Shown piece by piece: positions 25,177-34,752 of a stretch of 64,000 bases of DNA. The translations under genes and the position numbers were made by a program. The notes beneath the pieces were generated by a model that was given only the letters and a program-made list of their open reading frames with translations, made no database searches and was not told the DNA's origin. Origin of the DNA: Candidatus Fervidifonticultor sextus (GTDB lineage Bacteria > Sysuimicrobiota > Sysuimicrobiia > Sysuimicrobiales > Humicultoraceae); the NCBI GenBank assembly GCA_031459875.1, contig JAVKHQ010000011.1, forward strand, positions 17,500 to 81,499, written 5' to 3'. How positions within the stretch are numbered: the first letter of the stretch is position 1; the number at the start of each line of letters is the position of its first letter.

Positions 25177-26966
25177 CTCCCCGGCGCCCACGCCGCCCGC
25201 CCGGGTGGGAGAGGCCTCCCGGGCGGCGTTCGTTTCGTTCTGCCGCCATGGCCGAGGCCGAGCATGCCCGGCTCATCCGCCTGCGCGCAGCGCTGCTCTT
25301 CGTCGGCCTGGGCATGGCCTTCTCCGCCCTCGGCGGCCGCCTGGTCACCCTCCATGTGGTGCACGCCCGTACCCTCGAGCGGATCGCGGAGCGCCAGCAA
25401 CACGCCGAGCTGGTGCTGGAGCCCCGGCGCGGCCGGTTGCTCGACCGCTGGGGCCGGCCGCTTGCGATCAACGTCGACGTGGAATCGGTCTACGCCGTGC
25501 CGTCGAAGATCGGCGATGCCAAGGCCTTTGCCCGGACCGTCGCGCCGATCCTGGGGGTGCGGGAGGAGGACCTGGCCCGCCGGCTGCGCCCGGACCGACA
25601 CTTCGTCTGGCTGGCCCGCAAGGTCCCGCCGCACGTGGCGACGGCGTTGCGGGCGAAAGCCCTGGGCGAACAGATCGGGTTCCTCCCCGAGGCCCGGCGG
25701 GAATACCCGAACGGCACGCTGGCCGCCCACGTCCTGGGGTTCGCGGGCATCGACAACCAGGGCCTGGCCGGGGCAGAACTCGCCTTCGACCAACACCTCC
25801 GTGGCCGGGCCGGGCTGGCGCGGATCGAGCGGGACGCCATGGGCCGGCCGCGCTTCGAGACCCGCACGGTCCTGCAGGAGCCGACGGACGGTGCCGATGT
25901 GGTCCTCACGATCGATCAGGTGATCCAGCACATCGCCGAGCGGGAACTCGACCGCGCCGTGGCGGAGACAAAGGCGGCGTGGGGGACGGTGCTGGTCATG
26001 GACCCGGAGAATGGCGAGATGCTGGCCATGGCGGTCTCTCCGCGGTTCGACCCCAATGCCTTCGAGCGGACGGAACCATCCGACTGGATCAACCCGGCGC
26101 TGTCGCTGGTCTACGAGCCGGGGTCGACCTTCAAGATCGTGCTGGCAGCCGCCGCGCTGGAGGCCGGCGTCACGGACGAACGGGAGGTCTTCTTCAACGA
26201 CGGGACCCTCCGGGTGCCTGGGGGCTACGTCATCAAAGAGGCCCGCGGCCGGACGTTCCCGCGCCAGACGCTGGGCGATATCATCCGCAACTCCTCCAAC
26301 GTGGGCGCGGCGATGGTGGCCGCCCGCCTGGGAGCCGAGCGGTACCACGCCGCCATCCGGCGGTTCGGCTTCGGGGAGCCCACCGGGATCGACCTGCCCG
26401 GGGAGGTTGCCGGCCTGGTGCCGCCCCCCTCCCAGTGGCAGGGGTCGACCGTGCATACCATGGGGTTCGGCCAGGGCATCTCGGTCACGCCGCTGCAGAT
26501 CCTGACGGCCGGCGCGGCCATCGCCCGGGGGGGCCTGCTCGTGCGGCCCCACGTCCTCCGGACGGTGCGCGATCCAGAGGGCCGGTCGCTGGCAGTCACC
26601 GTCCCCGCCTCCCGCGGGCAGGCGGTCTCACCGTCCGTGGCCCGGAAGGTGCTGGCCATGATGGAAGACAGCGTCCGGCGCGGGACCGGCACGCCGGCCC
26701 GCCTGGACGGCTACGCTGTGGCCGGGAAGAGCGGGACGGCCCAGAAACCCTCGCCATCGGGCGGCTACCTGCCCGATGCGTATGTCGCCTCCTTCGTGGG
26801 CGTCGTGCCGACGGATCGTCCGCGCCTAGTTATCCTCGTCGTGCTGGACGAGCCGAAGGGCCAGTACTTCGGAGGCGTGGTCGCGGCGCCGATCTTCCGG
26901 GCGGTGGCGTCGCAGGCGCTGTGGCACCTCCGCGTGGCGCCGGCGTCAGCTCCGGCCATGCGTTGA
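25173..26966 (+). CDS. ftsI: Class B penicillin-binding protein (FtsI-like)
   Basis: 'RRGRLLDR', 'YEPGSTFK' (SxxK), 'SSN' (SxN), 'KSGT'. Confidence 0.93.
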   Translation: MTPRRPRRPPGWERPPGRRSFRSAAMAEAEHARLIRLRAALLFVGLGMAFSALGGRLVTLHVVHARTLERIAERQQHAELVLEPRRGRLLDRWGRPLAINVDVESVYAVPSKIGDAKAFARTVAPILGVREEDLARRLRPDRHFVWLARKVPPHVATALRAKALGEQIGFLPEARREYPNGTLAAHVLGFAGIDNQGLAGAELAFDQHLRGRAGLARIERDAMGRPRFETRTVLQEPTDGADVVLTIDQVIQHIAERELDRAVAETKAAWGTVLVMDPENGEMLAMAVSPRFDPNAFERTEPSDWINPALSLVYEPGSTFKIVLAAAALEAGVTDEREVFFNDGTLRVPGGYVIKEARGRTFPRQTLGDIIRNSSNVGAAMVAARLGAERYHAAIRRFGFGEPTGIDLPGEVAGLVPPPSQWQGSTVHTMGFGQGISVTPLQILTAGAAIARGGLLVRPHVLRTVRDPEGRSLAVTVPASRGQAVSPSVARKVLAMMEDSVRRGTGTPARLDGYAVAGKSGTAQKPSPSGGYLPDAYVASFVGVVPTDRPRLVILVVLDEPKGQYFGGVVAAPIFRAVASQALWHLRVAPASAPAMR

Positions 26967-26977
26967 CCTGCGCGGAA

Positions 26978-27005
26978 TGGACCGGCCGCCGGCACGTACT
27001 ATAAT
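26978..27005 (+). promoter_or_regulatory. Internal dcw promoter before murE
   Basis: TGGACC-N16-TATAAT (27000-27005), followed by a GGAGGTG RBS. Confidence 0.6.
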
Positions 27006-27032
27006 GAGCCAGGATCGTGCGGAGGTGTCCGG

Positions 27033-28577
27033 ATGGAGTTGCGCGCGCTGCTGACGGACCTGGACGCGCCGTCGGTGGTGGGCAGCGTGGATCGGGAAAT
27101 CCGCGGGATCGCGTACGACTCCCGGGAGGTCGGCCCGGGGTTTCTGTTTGCGGCCCTGCGCGGCAGGACGTTCGACGGGCAGGCCTTCATCCAGGAGGCG
27201 GTGGGCCGCGGCGCGGTGGCCGTGCTGGTGGACCGCCCGGTGGGGGCGCCACCGGGCGTCACGCTGGTCCGCGTGGCCGAGGCGCGACGCGCGCTGGCAC
27301 AGGTCACTGCCGCGTTCTTCGGCCATCCCTCGCGCCGGCTGCACCTGATCGGGGTCACGGGCACCAACGGCAAGGGCGCCACCACGTACCTGGTGGAGGC
27401 GATCCTGCGGGCCGCGGGCCGGCCGTGCGGCATCATCGGGACCATGGGTCTCGTCACCGGCAGCGAGGTGGTCCCCACCGCGCGGACGACACCCGAAGCC
27501 CCGGACCTGCAGGCGGCGCTGCGGAGGATGGTCGACCGCGGCTGCCAGTACGTCGCCATGGAAGTCGCCTCGCACGCGCTGGCGCAGGAGCGCGTCACCG
27601 GCTGCCAGTTCCAGGTGGGGGTCTTCACCAACCTCACCCGCGACCACCTGGACTTCCACCGGAGCATGGAAGCCTACCGCGCGGCGAAGGTCCGGTTGTT
27701 CGCCATGCTCCCGCCGGAGGGGTGGGCGGTGCTCAACGCGGATGATCCGGCGGCTCCAGTGATGCGCGCGGTGAGTCCCGCGCGGCTGCTGACTTACGGC
27801 CTGCGCACGCCGGCGGACGTGCGCGGCCGCGACGTGCGACTGCACCTCGCTGGCTCCGAGTTCGTCGCCGATACCCCGGCCGGGTCGATTGCGGTCTCGC
27901 TGCGCCTGGCCGGCGGCTTCAACGTCGCCAACGCCCTGGCGGCTGTGGCGGTGGGGATCACGCAGGGGATTCCGCTGCCCACCATCGCCAGGGCCCTGGC
28001 CTCCGTCCCCGGCATCCCTGGCCGCTTCGAGGCCGTGGACGAGGGGCAGCCGTTTGCCGTGGTGGTGGACTACGCGCACACGCCCGACGGCCTGGACAAC
28101 GTCCTGCGCTCGGCCCGCGAGCTCACCGGTGGCCGGCTGATCGTGGTCTTCGGCTGCGGCGGCGACCGCGACCGCCTCAAGCGGCCGGTCATGGGGCGCA
28201 TCGCGGCAAAATGGGCCGATCACGTCATCGTCACGTCGGACAACCCGCGCAGCGAGGATCCGCAGGCCATCATCGAGGAGATCCGGCCGGGCGTCGAGAG
28301 CGGGGCCGCCGCCCGGGCATCGTCCGGCGGGCGGGGCCCGGTGCGGGTGGACATCGACCCCGATCGCCGCCGGGCGATCGCGGTCGCGATCGCCGCGGCG
28401 CGGCCCGGCGACCTCGTCGTGGTCGCCGGGAAGGGTCACGAGACCTATCAGGAGATCGCCGGCGTGAAGCATCCCTTCGACGACCGGCAGGTCGTGCGCG
28501 AGGCGCTGCGCGCGGCGGGTGTGGCCGCGGGCCGCCCACGTGCGGCCGGCCCACCCGTGCGGGGGCCGGCCCCGTGA
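27033..28577 (+). CDS. murE: UDP-MurNAc-dipeptide:meso-DAP ligase
   Basis: 'GVTGTNGK', 'TNLTRDHLDFH', 'DYAHTPD', 'SDNPR' (mDAP-type motif), 'GKGHETYQ'. Confidence 0.96.
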   Translation: MELRALLTDLDAPSVVGSVDREIRGIAYDSREVGPGFLFAALRGRTFDGQAFIQEAVGRGAVAVLVDRPVGAPPGVTLVRVAEARRALAQVTAAFFGHPSRRLHLIGVTGTNGKGATTYLVEAILRAAGRPCGIIGTMGLVTGSEVVPTARTTPEAPDLQAALRRMVDRGCQYVAMEVASHALAQERVTGCQFQVGVFTNLTRDHLDFHRSMEAYRAAKVRLFAMLPPEGWAVLNADDPAAPVMRAVSPARLLTYGLRTPADVRGRDVRLHLAGSEFVADTPAGSIAVSLRLAGGFNVANALAAVAVGITQGIPLPTIARALASVPGIPGRFEAVDEGQPFAVVVDYAHTPDGLDNVLRSARELTGGRLIVVFGCGGDRDRLKRPVMGRIAAKWADHVIVTSDNPRSEDPQAIIEEIRPGVESGAAARASSGGRGPVRVDIDPDRRRAIAVAIAAARPGDLVVVAGKGHETYQEIAGVKHPFDDRQVVREALRAAGVAAGRPRAAGPPVRGPAP

Positions 28578-29971
28578 GATTGCGCCTCGCCGTGCAGGAC
28601 CTGGTCGCGGCGACCGGGGGCCGCCTCGCGGTCCCGCCGGGTGCCTTTGTGCCCGACGTGATCACGGGGGTCACGACCGACAGCCGCCAGGCGGCGCCGG
28701 GAGATCTCTTCGTGGCCCTGCGCGGACCCCACACCGACGGACACCGGTTCGTCGCCGACGCCGCCCGGCGGGGGGCGGCCCTCGCGCTCGTCTCCGATCC
28801 CTCGGCGGCCGCCGGGCCGGCGCTGGTGGTTCCCGACACGCTGCGCGCGCTCGGCGCCGTGGCGGCGCTGTACCGGCGAAGCCTGACCCTCACGGTGATC
28901 GGCATCACCGGTAGCGTGGGCAAGACGACCGCGGTCGGGCTGTGCGCTGAGGTGCTCGCCGCCCGCTACCGCGTGGGCCGCTCGGCGGAGTCGTGGAACG
29001 CCGAGCTGGGCGTGGCGCTGACGTTGCTCGGGTTGCAGGCCTCCGATGAGGTGGCCGTGATCGAGATGGCGATGCGCGGAGCCGGCCAGATCCGCGAGCT
29101 GGTGGAGATGGCCCGCCCGCGGATCGGGGCGGTCACCGTGATCGGCGATAGCCACCTGGAGCTGCTGGGTTCGCGCGAGCGGATTGCGGCGGCGAAAGCC
29201 GAACTGCTGGAGGGACTGCCGCCAGACGGCGTGGCGGTCGTGAACGCCGACGACCCGCTGACCGCCCGGCTGGTCCGCGACGTCCGATGCGCGGTGGTCC
29301 GCTTCGGCCTGGGGCCGCAGGCCGACGTGCGCGCCTCCGGCATCACTCCGGCCGAGGGCGCCACAGGGTTCACCCTGCACATGGGAGGCGCGTCGCACGA
29401 GGTCTGCCTGCCGCTGGCGGGGGCGCACCAGGTCCGTAACGCCCTGGTCGCGGCTGCGGTGGCCGGGGTGATGGGCGTTGCCGGCCCTCAGATCGCCGCA
29501 GGCCTGGCCCGGGCGCGTCCGGCCACGATGCGCCAGGAAGTTACCATCGTGGGGGAGGTGCTCCTCGTCGACGATTCGTACAACGCCAGCCCGCAGTCCA
29601 TGACCGCCGCCTTCGAGGTCGTCAGGCAGGTGGGCGGCCAGCGTCGGCGCGTGCTGGCGTTGGGAGAGATGCGCGAACTGGGACCGCAGTCGCGCGAGTT
29701 CCACCGCCGGGTGGGGCAAGAGGCGGCGGGCCTGTCGCCCGCCTTCCTGCTGGCGGTGGGGCCGCACGCGGACTGGTACCTGGAAGGGGCCTCGGCTGCC
29801 GGACTGGCCTGGGAGGCCATGGCGCATGTGGGGACGGTGCACGAGGCCATCCCCATCCTGTGCCGGTTCCTGCGGGCCGGCGACGTGCTGCTGGTCAAGG
29901 GCTCACGGGCGATCGCGATGGAGCATCTGGTGGCCGCGCTTCGCGCCAGAGCCCCGGTGGGCCGGTCGTGA
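28574..29971 (+). CDS. murF: UDP-MurNAc-tripeptide:D-Ala-D-Ala ligase
   Basis: 'GITGSVGKTT', 'DDSYNASPQSM', 'LGEMRELG', 'LVKGSR'; GTGA overlap with murE. Confidence 0.94.
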   Translation: MRLRLAVQDLVAATGGRLAVPPGAFVPDVITGVTTDSRQAAPGDLFVALRGPHTDGHRFVADAARRGAALALVSDPSAAAGPALVVPDTLRALGAVAALYRRSLTLTVIGITGSVGKTTAVGLCAEVLAARYRVGRSAESWNAELGVALTLLGLQASDEVAVIEMAMRGAGQIRELVEMARPRIGAVTVIGDSHLELLGSRERIAAAKAELLEGLPPDGVAVVNADDPLTARLVRDVRCAVVRFGLGPQADVRASGITPAEGATGFTLHMGGASHEVCLPLAGAHQVRNALVAAAVAGVMGVAGPQIAAGLARARPATMRQEVTIVGEVLLVDDSYNASPQSMTAAFEVVRQVGGQRRRVLALGEMRELGPQSREFHRRVGQEAAGLSPAFLLAVGPHADWYLEGASAAGLAWEAMAHVGTVHEAIPILCRFLRAGDVLLVKGSRAIAMEHLVAALRARAPVGRS

Positions 29972-30954
29972 GCCCGCTGGCGTCCTGGCCGCTGTGGGCA
30001 CAACTCGCCGCCGCCGGCGGGACTGCGGGGGCGCTGGTCGCGCTCGCCGGTCCGCCGGCCGCCGCCCTGCTGGCCCGGTGGGGACACGGACAGCAGATCC
30101 GGGAGGATGCGCCGGGCCGGCACCATCAGAAGGCCGGGACGCCGACGATGGGAGGGGTGCTCATCGTCGGGGCCATCGGCGTGGCCGCCCTCCTCACCGC
30201 CGGCGCCCACCCAGTGGCGCGCTTCGTCGTGGCGGCCACGGCCACGTTCGCCGGTATCGGCCTGCTGGACGATCTCATCGCGATCCGCCGGGGCCGGAAC
30301 CTGGGACTGCGCGCCCGAGAGCGCCTGGTCCTGCAGGGGCTGGCCGGGGTCGTCCTGGGCTGGTACGCCAGCGGCCAGCCGTGGGCCGGCACGCAGGTCG
30401 CGCTCCCCTTTGCCGGCTCGGCGGATCCTGGCGAGCGGGGATACACGGTCCTGGCGGCCCTGCTGTTCGTCGGATTCGCCAACGCCGTCAACCTCACCGA
30501 TGGGCTCGATGGACTGGCCGCGGGCCTGGTGGCCATCGCCGGGCTGGGCTTCACGGCGCTCGCCGCGGTCAGCCTCCAACCGGCCGCCGCCGTCACCGGC
30601 GCGGCGGTGGTGGCGGCCGCCGCCGGGTTCCTGCGCGTCAACGCCCACCCGGCCAGGCTCTTCATGGGCGATGTGGGCTCCAATGCGCTGGGCGCGGCGC
30701 TGGCGGCCCTGGCCGTGGTCTCCAAGGCCGAGGTGGCGCTCTTCATCATCGGCGGCGTCTTCGTGGCCGAAGCCGCCTCGGTGATCCTGCAGGTAGCATA
30801 CTTTAAAGTTACCGGCGGCCGGCGCATCTTCCGCATGAGCCCCCTCCATCACCATTTCGAACTGGTCGGCTGGCCCGAGCCGCTGATCGTGCGGCGCTTC
30901 TATTGGGCCGGGTCCGCCTGCCTGCTGGCCGGGTTGCTGGTGGTTGCGACATGA
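29968..30954 (+). CDS. mraY: Phospho-N-acetylmuramoyl-pentapeptide transferase
   Basis: 'KAGTPTMGG', 'NAVNLTDGLDGL', 'FMGDVGS', 'PLHHHFE'. Confidence 0.96.
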   Translation: MSPLASWPLWAQLAAAGGTAGALVALAGPPAAALLARWGHGQQIREDAPGRHHQKAGTPTMGGVLIVGAIGVAALLTAGAHPVARFVVAATATFAGIGLLDDLIAIRRGRNLGLRARERLVLQGLAGVVLGWYASGQPWAGTQVALPFAGSADPGERGYTVLAALLFVGFANAVNLTDGLDGLAAGLVAIAGLGFTALAAVSLQPAAAVTGAAVVAAAAGFLRVNAHPARLFMGDVGSNALGAALAALAVVSKAEVALFIIGGVFVAEAASVILQVAYFKVTGGRRIFRMSPLHHHFELVGWPEPLIVRRFYWAGSACLLAGLLVVAT

Positions 30955-32447
30955 CGCCCGCGGCGGCGGCCCGGGTGGACGCCATGACGGCAAGGATGCG
31001 CGGCCGGCGCATCCACGTGCTGGGCCCGTCGGGGACCGAAGGCTCGACGGTCATCGACTTCCTGCTGTCGCAGGGGATCGGCACCATCACCGCGCACGAC
31101 CTGGCCCCGGCCGAGCAGTTCGCGACGACCCTGGAGCGCACGCACGGCTGGCTGGATCCCGAGGGCCTGGCCGCGCTGCTCGCGCGACTCCGGTCGGCGC
31201 CGATTGCCTGGCGGTGGGGGCCGGACTACCTGCAGGGCCTGGAGGAGGCCGAGGTCATCGTCGTGCCGCAGTCGTGGTTCCGCTACCCCCAGAACGCGCC
31301 GGTGCGCGCGGCTGCGGCGCGCGGGGTCCCCCTCTCCAGCATGACGCAACTCTTCTTTGAGACCTGGCCGGGACCGATCATCGGGGTGACGGGGACGAAC
31401 GGCAAGTTCACCGTCGTCACGCTGGCCGCCGCGATGCTCGAGGCCGCCGGGATCCCGGTGGTGGTTTCAGGAAACGACCGCACGCACGTCCCGGCCCTGT
31501 ATGCCCTGGACCGCGCGGACGAGCAGACGTGGCTGGTGCTGGAGATCAGCAACCGGCAGCTGGTGGGCCTGCCCTACAGCCCCCACGTGGCGGTGGTGAC
31601 CAACCTGGCGCCCCACCACCTGGACGACCACGGGTCCATGGACGCCTACGTAGACGCCAAACGGACCATTGTGCGCCACCAGTCCAGCCGCGATGTGGCC
31701 GTGCTCAACGCCGACGACCCGCTGGTGGCCGGATTCGCCCGCGGGACGGCCGCAGCGGTCCACTGGTTCAGCCGCAGCCGCGCTGTGGACCGGGGTGCCT
31801 TCATCGACGGCGGATGGGTCGTGCTGGCCGGATCGCCGCCGCGCCGCGTGGTGCCGATGGCGGACCTGGCCGTCCCCGGCGGCCACATGGTCGAAGACAT
31901 GCTGGCGGCCGCGGCCGCGGCCGCCGTGGCCGGGGCAGGGCCGCTGGCGATGGCATCCGTCCTGCGGGCGTTCCGCGGCCTGCCCTACCGCTGCCGGCTC
32001 GTGGCCGAGCGCGACGGGATCGCCTTCTACGAAGACTCCCTGGGCACGAACCCGACGGCTGCCGCGGCAGCGATCAGAAGCATGACGCGGCCGTTCTGCC
32101 TGATCGCCGGCGGCCTGCGCAGGGGGGCGAGGCCCGAGGACTTCGCCCCGATGACACACGCCCTGGCCGCCTCACCGGTTCGGGCCGTCTATCTGATCGG
32201 CTCGACCGCCGGGGTCCTGGCCGAAGCGATCACCGCCGCCTCGCCGGCCCCGGCGGTCCATAAGGCCGGGACGCTCGAGGTCGCCGTGGCCGCAGCCTGG
32301 GACGCCGCCTCGCCCGGTGAGGCCATTCTGCTCTCCCCTGGCTGTGAGAGCTTCGATCAGTTCGCCGACTACCGGCAGCGCGGCGACCGCTTCTGCGAGT
32401 TGATCGGCGTGCTGCCCTCTCGCGCGCAGCGGGGGGCGGCCCGATGA
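30951..32447 (+). CDS. murD: UDP-MurNAc-L-Ala:D-Glu ligase (divergent)
   Basis: 'GVTGTNGK', 'NLAPHHLDDH', 'LLSPGCESFDQF..Y..RGD.F'; position between mraY and ftsW. Confidence 0.88.
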   Translation: MTPAAAARVDAMTARMRGRRIHVLGPSGTEGSTVIDFLLSQGIGTITAHDLAPAEQFATTLERTHGWLDPEGLAALLARLRSAPIAWRWGPDYLQGLEEAEVIVVPQSWFRYPQNAPVRAAAARGVPLSSMTQLFFETWPGPIIGVTGTNGKFTVVTLAAAMLEAAGIPVVVSGNDRTHVPALYALDRADEQTWLVLEISNRQLVGLPYSPHVAVVTNLAPHHLDDHGSMDAYVDAKRTIVRHQSSRDVAVLNADDPLVAGFARGTAAAVHWFSRSRAVDRGAFIDGGWVVLAGSPPRRVVPMADLAVPGGHMVEDMLAAAAAAAVAGAGPLAMASVLRAFRGLPYRCRLVAERDGIAFYEDSLGTNPTAAAAAIRSMTRPFCLIAGGLRRGARPEDFAPMTHALAASPVRAVYLIGSTAGVLAEAITAASPAPAVHKAGTLEVAVAAAWDAASPGEAILLSPGCESFDQFADYRQRGDRFCELIGVLPSRAQRGAAR

Positions 32448-33625
32448 GCGGGCCGATGGCGGTCCTGCATCGCCGCTCGGGCGACGCCGTCCTGTTCGCA
32501 ACGGTGCTGGCGCTGGTCGCGATCGGCCTGGTGATGGTCTACAGCGCCAGCAGTGTCGTGGCCTACGAGCGGCTCTCCGACAGCGCCTACTTCTTCAAGC
32601 GGCAGGCCGCCTGGGCGGCGCTGGGGCTGGCCGCGATGTGGGTGGCGCGGAGCGTCTACCACCAGCGCCTTCGCCGGCTCGCGGCCCCGCTGCTGCTGGT
32701 CGCCATCCTGTTGCTCGTCGCCGTCCTCATCCCCGGCGTCGGCCGGGTGGCGGGGGGCGCCCGCCGCTGGATTGCCGTGGGAGCGGCCAGCTTCCAGCCG
32801 GTCGAGGTGGCGAAGGTGGCGGTTCTGGTGTACATGGCACACTTTGCAGCGCAGCGCGGCCTGGCGATCCGCGACTGGAGGCGCGGCATCGTCCCGCCGC
32901 TGGTGGTCATCGGGCTGTGCGCGGGCTTGGTGCTCCAACAGCCCGACATGGGCTCCGCGGTCATGCTCGCGGCGGTCGTGCTGCTGGTGCTGTTCCTTGC
33001 CGGTGCCCGGGTGCTCCACCTGGCCCTGGTTGCGCTGGCGGCGCTCCCCGCCGCTGCCGTGGCGGTCGTCGCGGCCCACTACCGGCTGCAGCGCGTGCTC
33101 GCCTTCCTGGACCCGTGGAGCGACCCGCAGGGTCGCGGCTTCCACGTCATCCAGTCGCTGCTGGCGTTCGGGTCCGGAGGCCTGTGGGGGGTGGGGCTGG
33201 GCGGAAGCAGCCAGAAGTTCTTCTACCTGCCGGAGCGGCACACCGACTTCATCTTCGCCATCATCGGTGAGGAACTGGGATTGCTGGGCACGATGTCCCT
33301 GCTGGGGCTATTCGCGCTGTTTGCCTACCGAGGATTCCGCATCGCGCGCGCGGCGCCCGACCGGTTCAGCGCGTTGCTGGCTGCTGGCATCACCGCGACG
33401 ATTGCCGGTCAGGCCCTGCTCAACATGGGCGTGGCCACCGGGTTCCTGCCCGTCACCGGCGTGCCGTTGCCGTTTGTGAGTTTCGGCGGATCGTCACTGG
33501 TGATGACGATGATCCAGGTGGGGATCCTCTTGAATATCTCCCGGTACGCGCACCGCGAGGCTCCCCCGGTTCCGGCGCGCCGGCCCGTGGCCGGGCAGCC
33601 GGCGCGGGCGTGGGAGGCCCGATGA
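32444..33625 (+). CDS. ftsW: SEDS peptidoglycan glycosyltransferase FtsW
   Basis: 'MVYSAS', 'GARRWI', 'QPDMG', 'LPERHTDFIF', 'LPFVSFGGSS'. Confidence 0.96.
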   Translation: MSGPMAVLHRRSGDAVLFATVLALVAIGLVMVYSASSVVAYERLSDSAYFFKRQAAWAALGLAAMWVARSVYHQRLRRLAAPLLLVAILLLVAVLIPGVGRVAGGARRWIAVGAASFQPVEVAKVAVLVYMAHFAAQRGLAIRDWRRGIVPPLVVIGLCAGLVLQQPDMGSAVMLAAVVLLVLFLAGARVLHLALVALAALPAAAVAVVAAHYRLQRVLAFLDPWSDPQGRGFHVIQSLLAFGSGGLWGVGLGGSSQKFFYLPERHTDFIFAIIGEELGLLGTMSLLGLFALFAYRGFRIARAAPDRFSALLAAGITATIAGQALLNMGVATGFLPVTGVPLPFVSFGGSSLVMTMIQVGILLNISRYAHREAPPVPARRPVAGQPARAWEAR

Positions 33626-34752
33626 GGGTTGCCATCGCCGCCGGCGGCACCGGGGGGCACCTCTTCCCCGGCCTGGCGATCGCCGAAGCCCTCCGGCGGC
33701 AGTCGCCGGCGATCGAGGTGATGATCGTCGGCGGCGGCCGGCTGGAATCGCGCCTGGTCCCGCAGGAGGGCTGGCCCTTCCGGGCCGTCGCCGGGCGCGG
33801 CCTCCCGGCCCGGCCCGGGTGGCGGACCGTCGCGGCGCTGGCGAGCCTGGCGTGGGGCGGCTGGCAGGCGCTGCGGCTGCTGTGGGCCTGGCGGCCCGAT
33901 GTGGTCGTGGCCACGGGCGGGTACGTATGCGCGCCGGTCGGGGCCGCAGCGGTGCTCTTGGGCCTGCCCCTGGTCCTCCAGGAGCAGAACCTGTCCCCCG
34001 GCCTGGCCAACCGCGTGCTCGCGCGCTGGGCGAGATGGATCTCGGTGCCGCACGAGGATGCGGCATCCCGGTGGCGTGCGCGGCGCGTGGAGGTCACCGG
34101 GGTCCCGCTGCGCACCCGCGCCGTCTGGGGTGATCGTCGTCGCGGCATGAGCCGGTGGGGCCTGGAGGAAGGTCGGGTGACGGTGCTCGTCGTCGGCGGC
34201 AGTCAAGGCGCGCACAGCCTCAATCGGGCCGTCTGTCGGGCGGCGGACCTGCTGATGTACGAGCCCGGGCTCCAGATTCTCCACCAGACCGGGCCCGAGC
34301 ACCTGCACTGGGTGCGCGAGGCGATCGGGCGCCGTGAGCACCTCAGACCGCCGGCACTGCGGCACGTGGCCGTCCCCTTCCTCGATCCGATCGGCGATGC
34401 CTACGCGGCAGCCGATCTGGTCCTCTGCCGGGCCGGGGCCTCCACCCTGGCCGAAGTCACGGCGTGGGGGCTGCCCGCCATCGTGGTGCCCTACCCGCAT
34501 GCGGCCAGGGCCCACCAGGAGGAGAACGCGGCGGTCCTGGTGCGCGCAGGCGCGGCCGTCCACCTCGCGGACTCGGATCTTGACGGGACCAGGCTGGCAG
34601 ACGTGCTGGGGATCCTGGTGCGGGATGCCCCCCGGCGCGCGGCCATGGCGGCGGCCAGCCGGACCCTGGGCCGCCCCGGGGCCGCCGACGTCGTGGCCGG
34701 GCTCATCCTGGCGGTGGGCCCGGCACACGCGGCCCAGGAGGTCCGCGCGTGA
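33622..34752 (+). CDS. murG: Lipid II GlcNAc transferase
   Basis: 'GGTGGHLFP', 'GGYV', 'EQN', 'GGSQGA', 'RAGAST', 'HQEENA'. Confidence 0.96.
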   Translation: MRVAIAAGGTGGHLFPGLAIAEALRRQSPAIEVMIVGGGRLESRLVPQEGWPFRAVAGRGLPARPGWRTVAALASLAWGGWQALRLLWAWRPDVVVATGGYVCAPVGAAAVLLGLPLVLQEQNLSPGLANRVLARWARWISVPHEDAASRWRARRVEVTGVPLRTRAVWGDRRRGMSRWGLEEGRVTVLVVGGSQGAHSLNRAVCRAADLLMYEPGLQILHQTGPEHLHWVREAIGRREHLRPPALRHVAVPFLDPIGDAYAAADLVLCRAGASTLAEVTAWGLPAIVVPYPHAARAHQEENAAVLVRAGAAVHLADSDLDGTRLADVLGILVRDAPRRAAMAAASRTLGRPGAADVVAGLILAVGPAHAAQEVRA

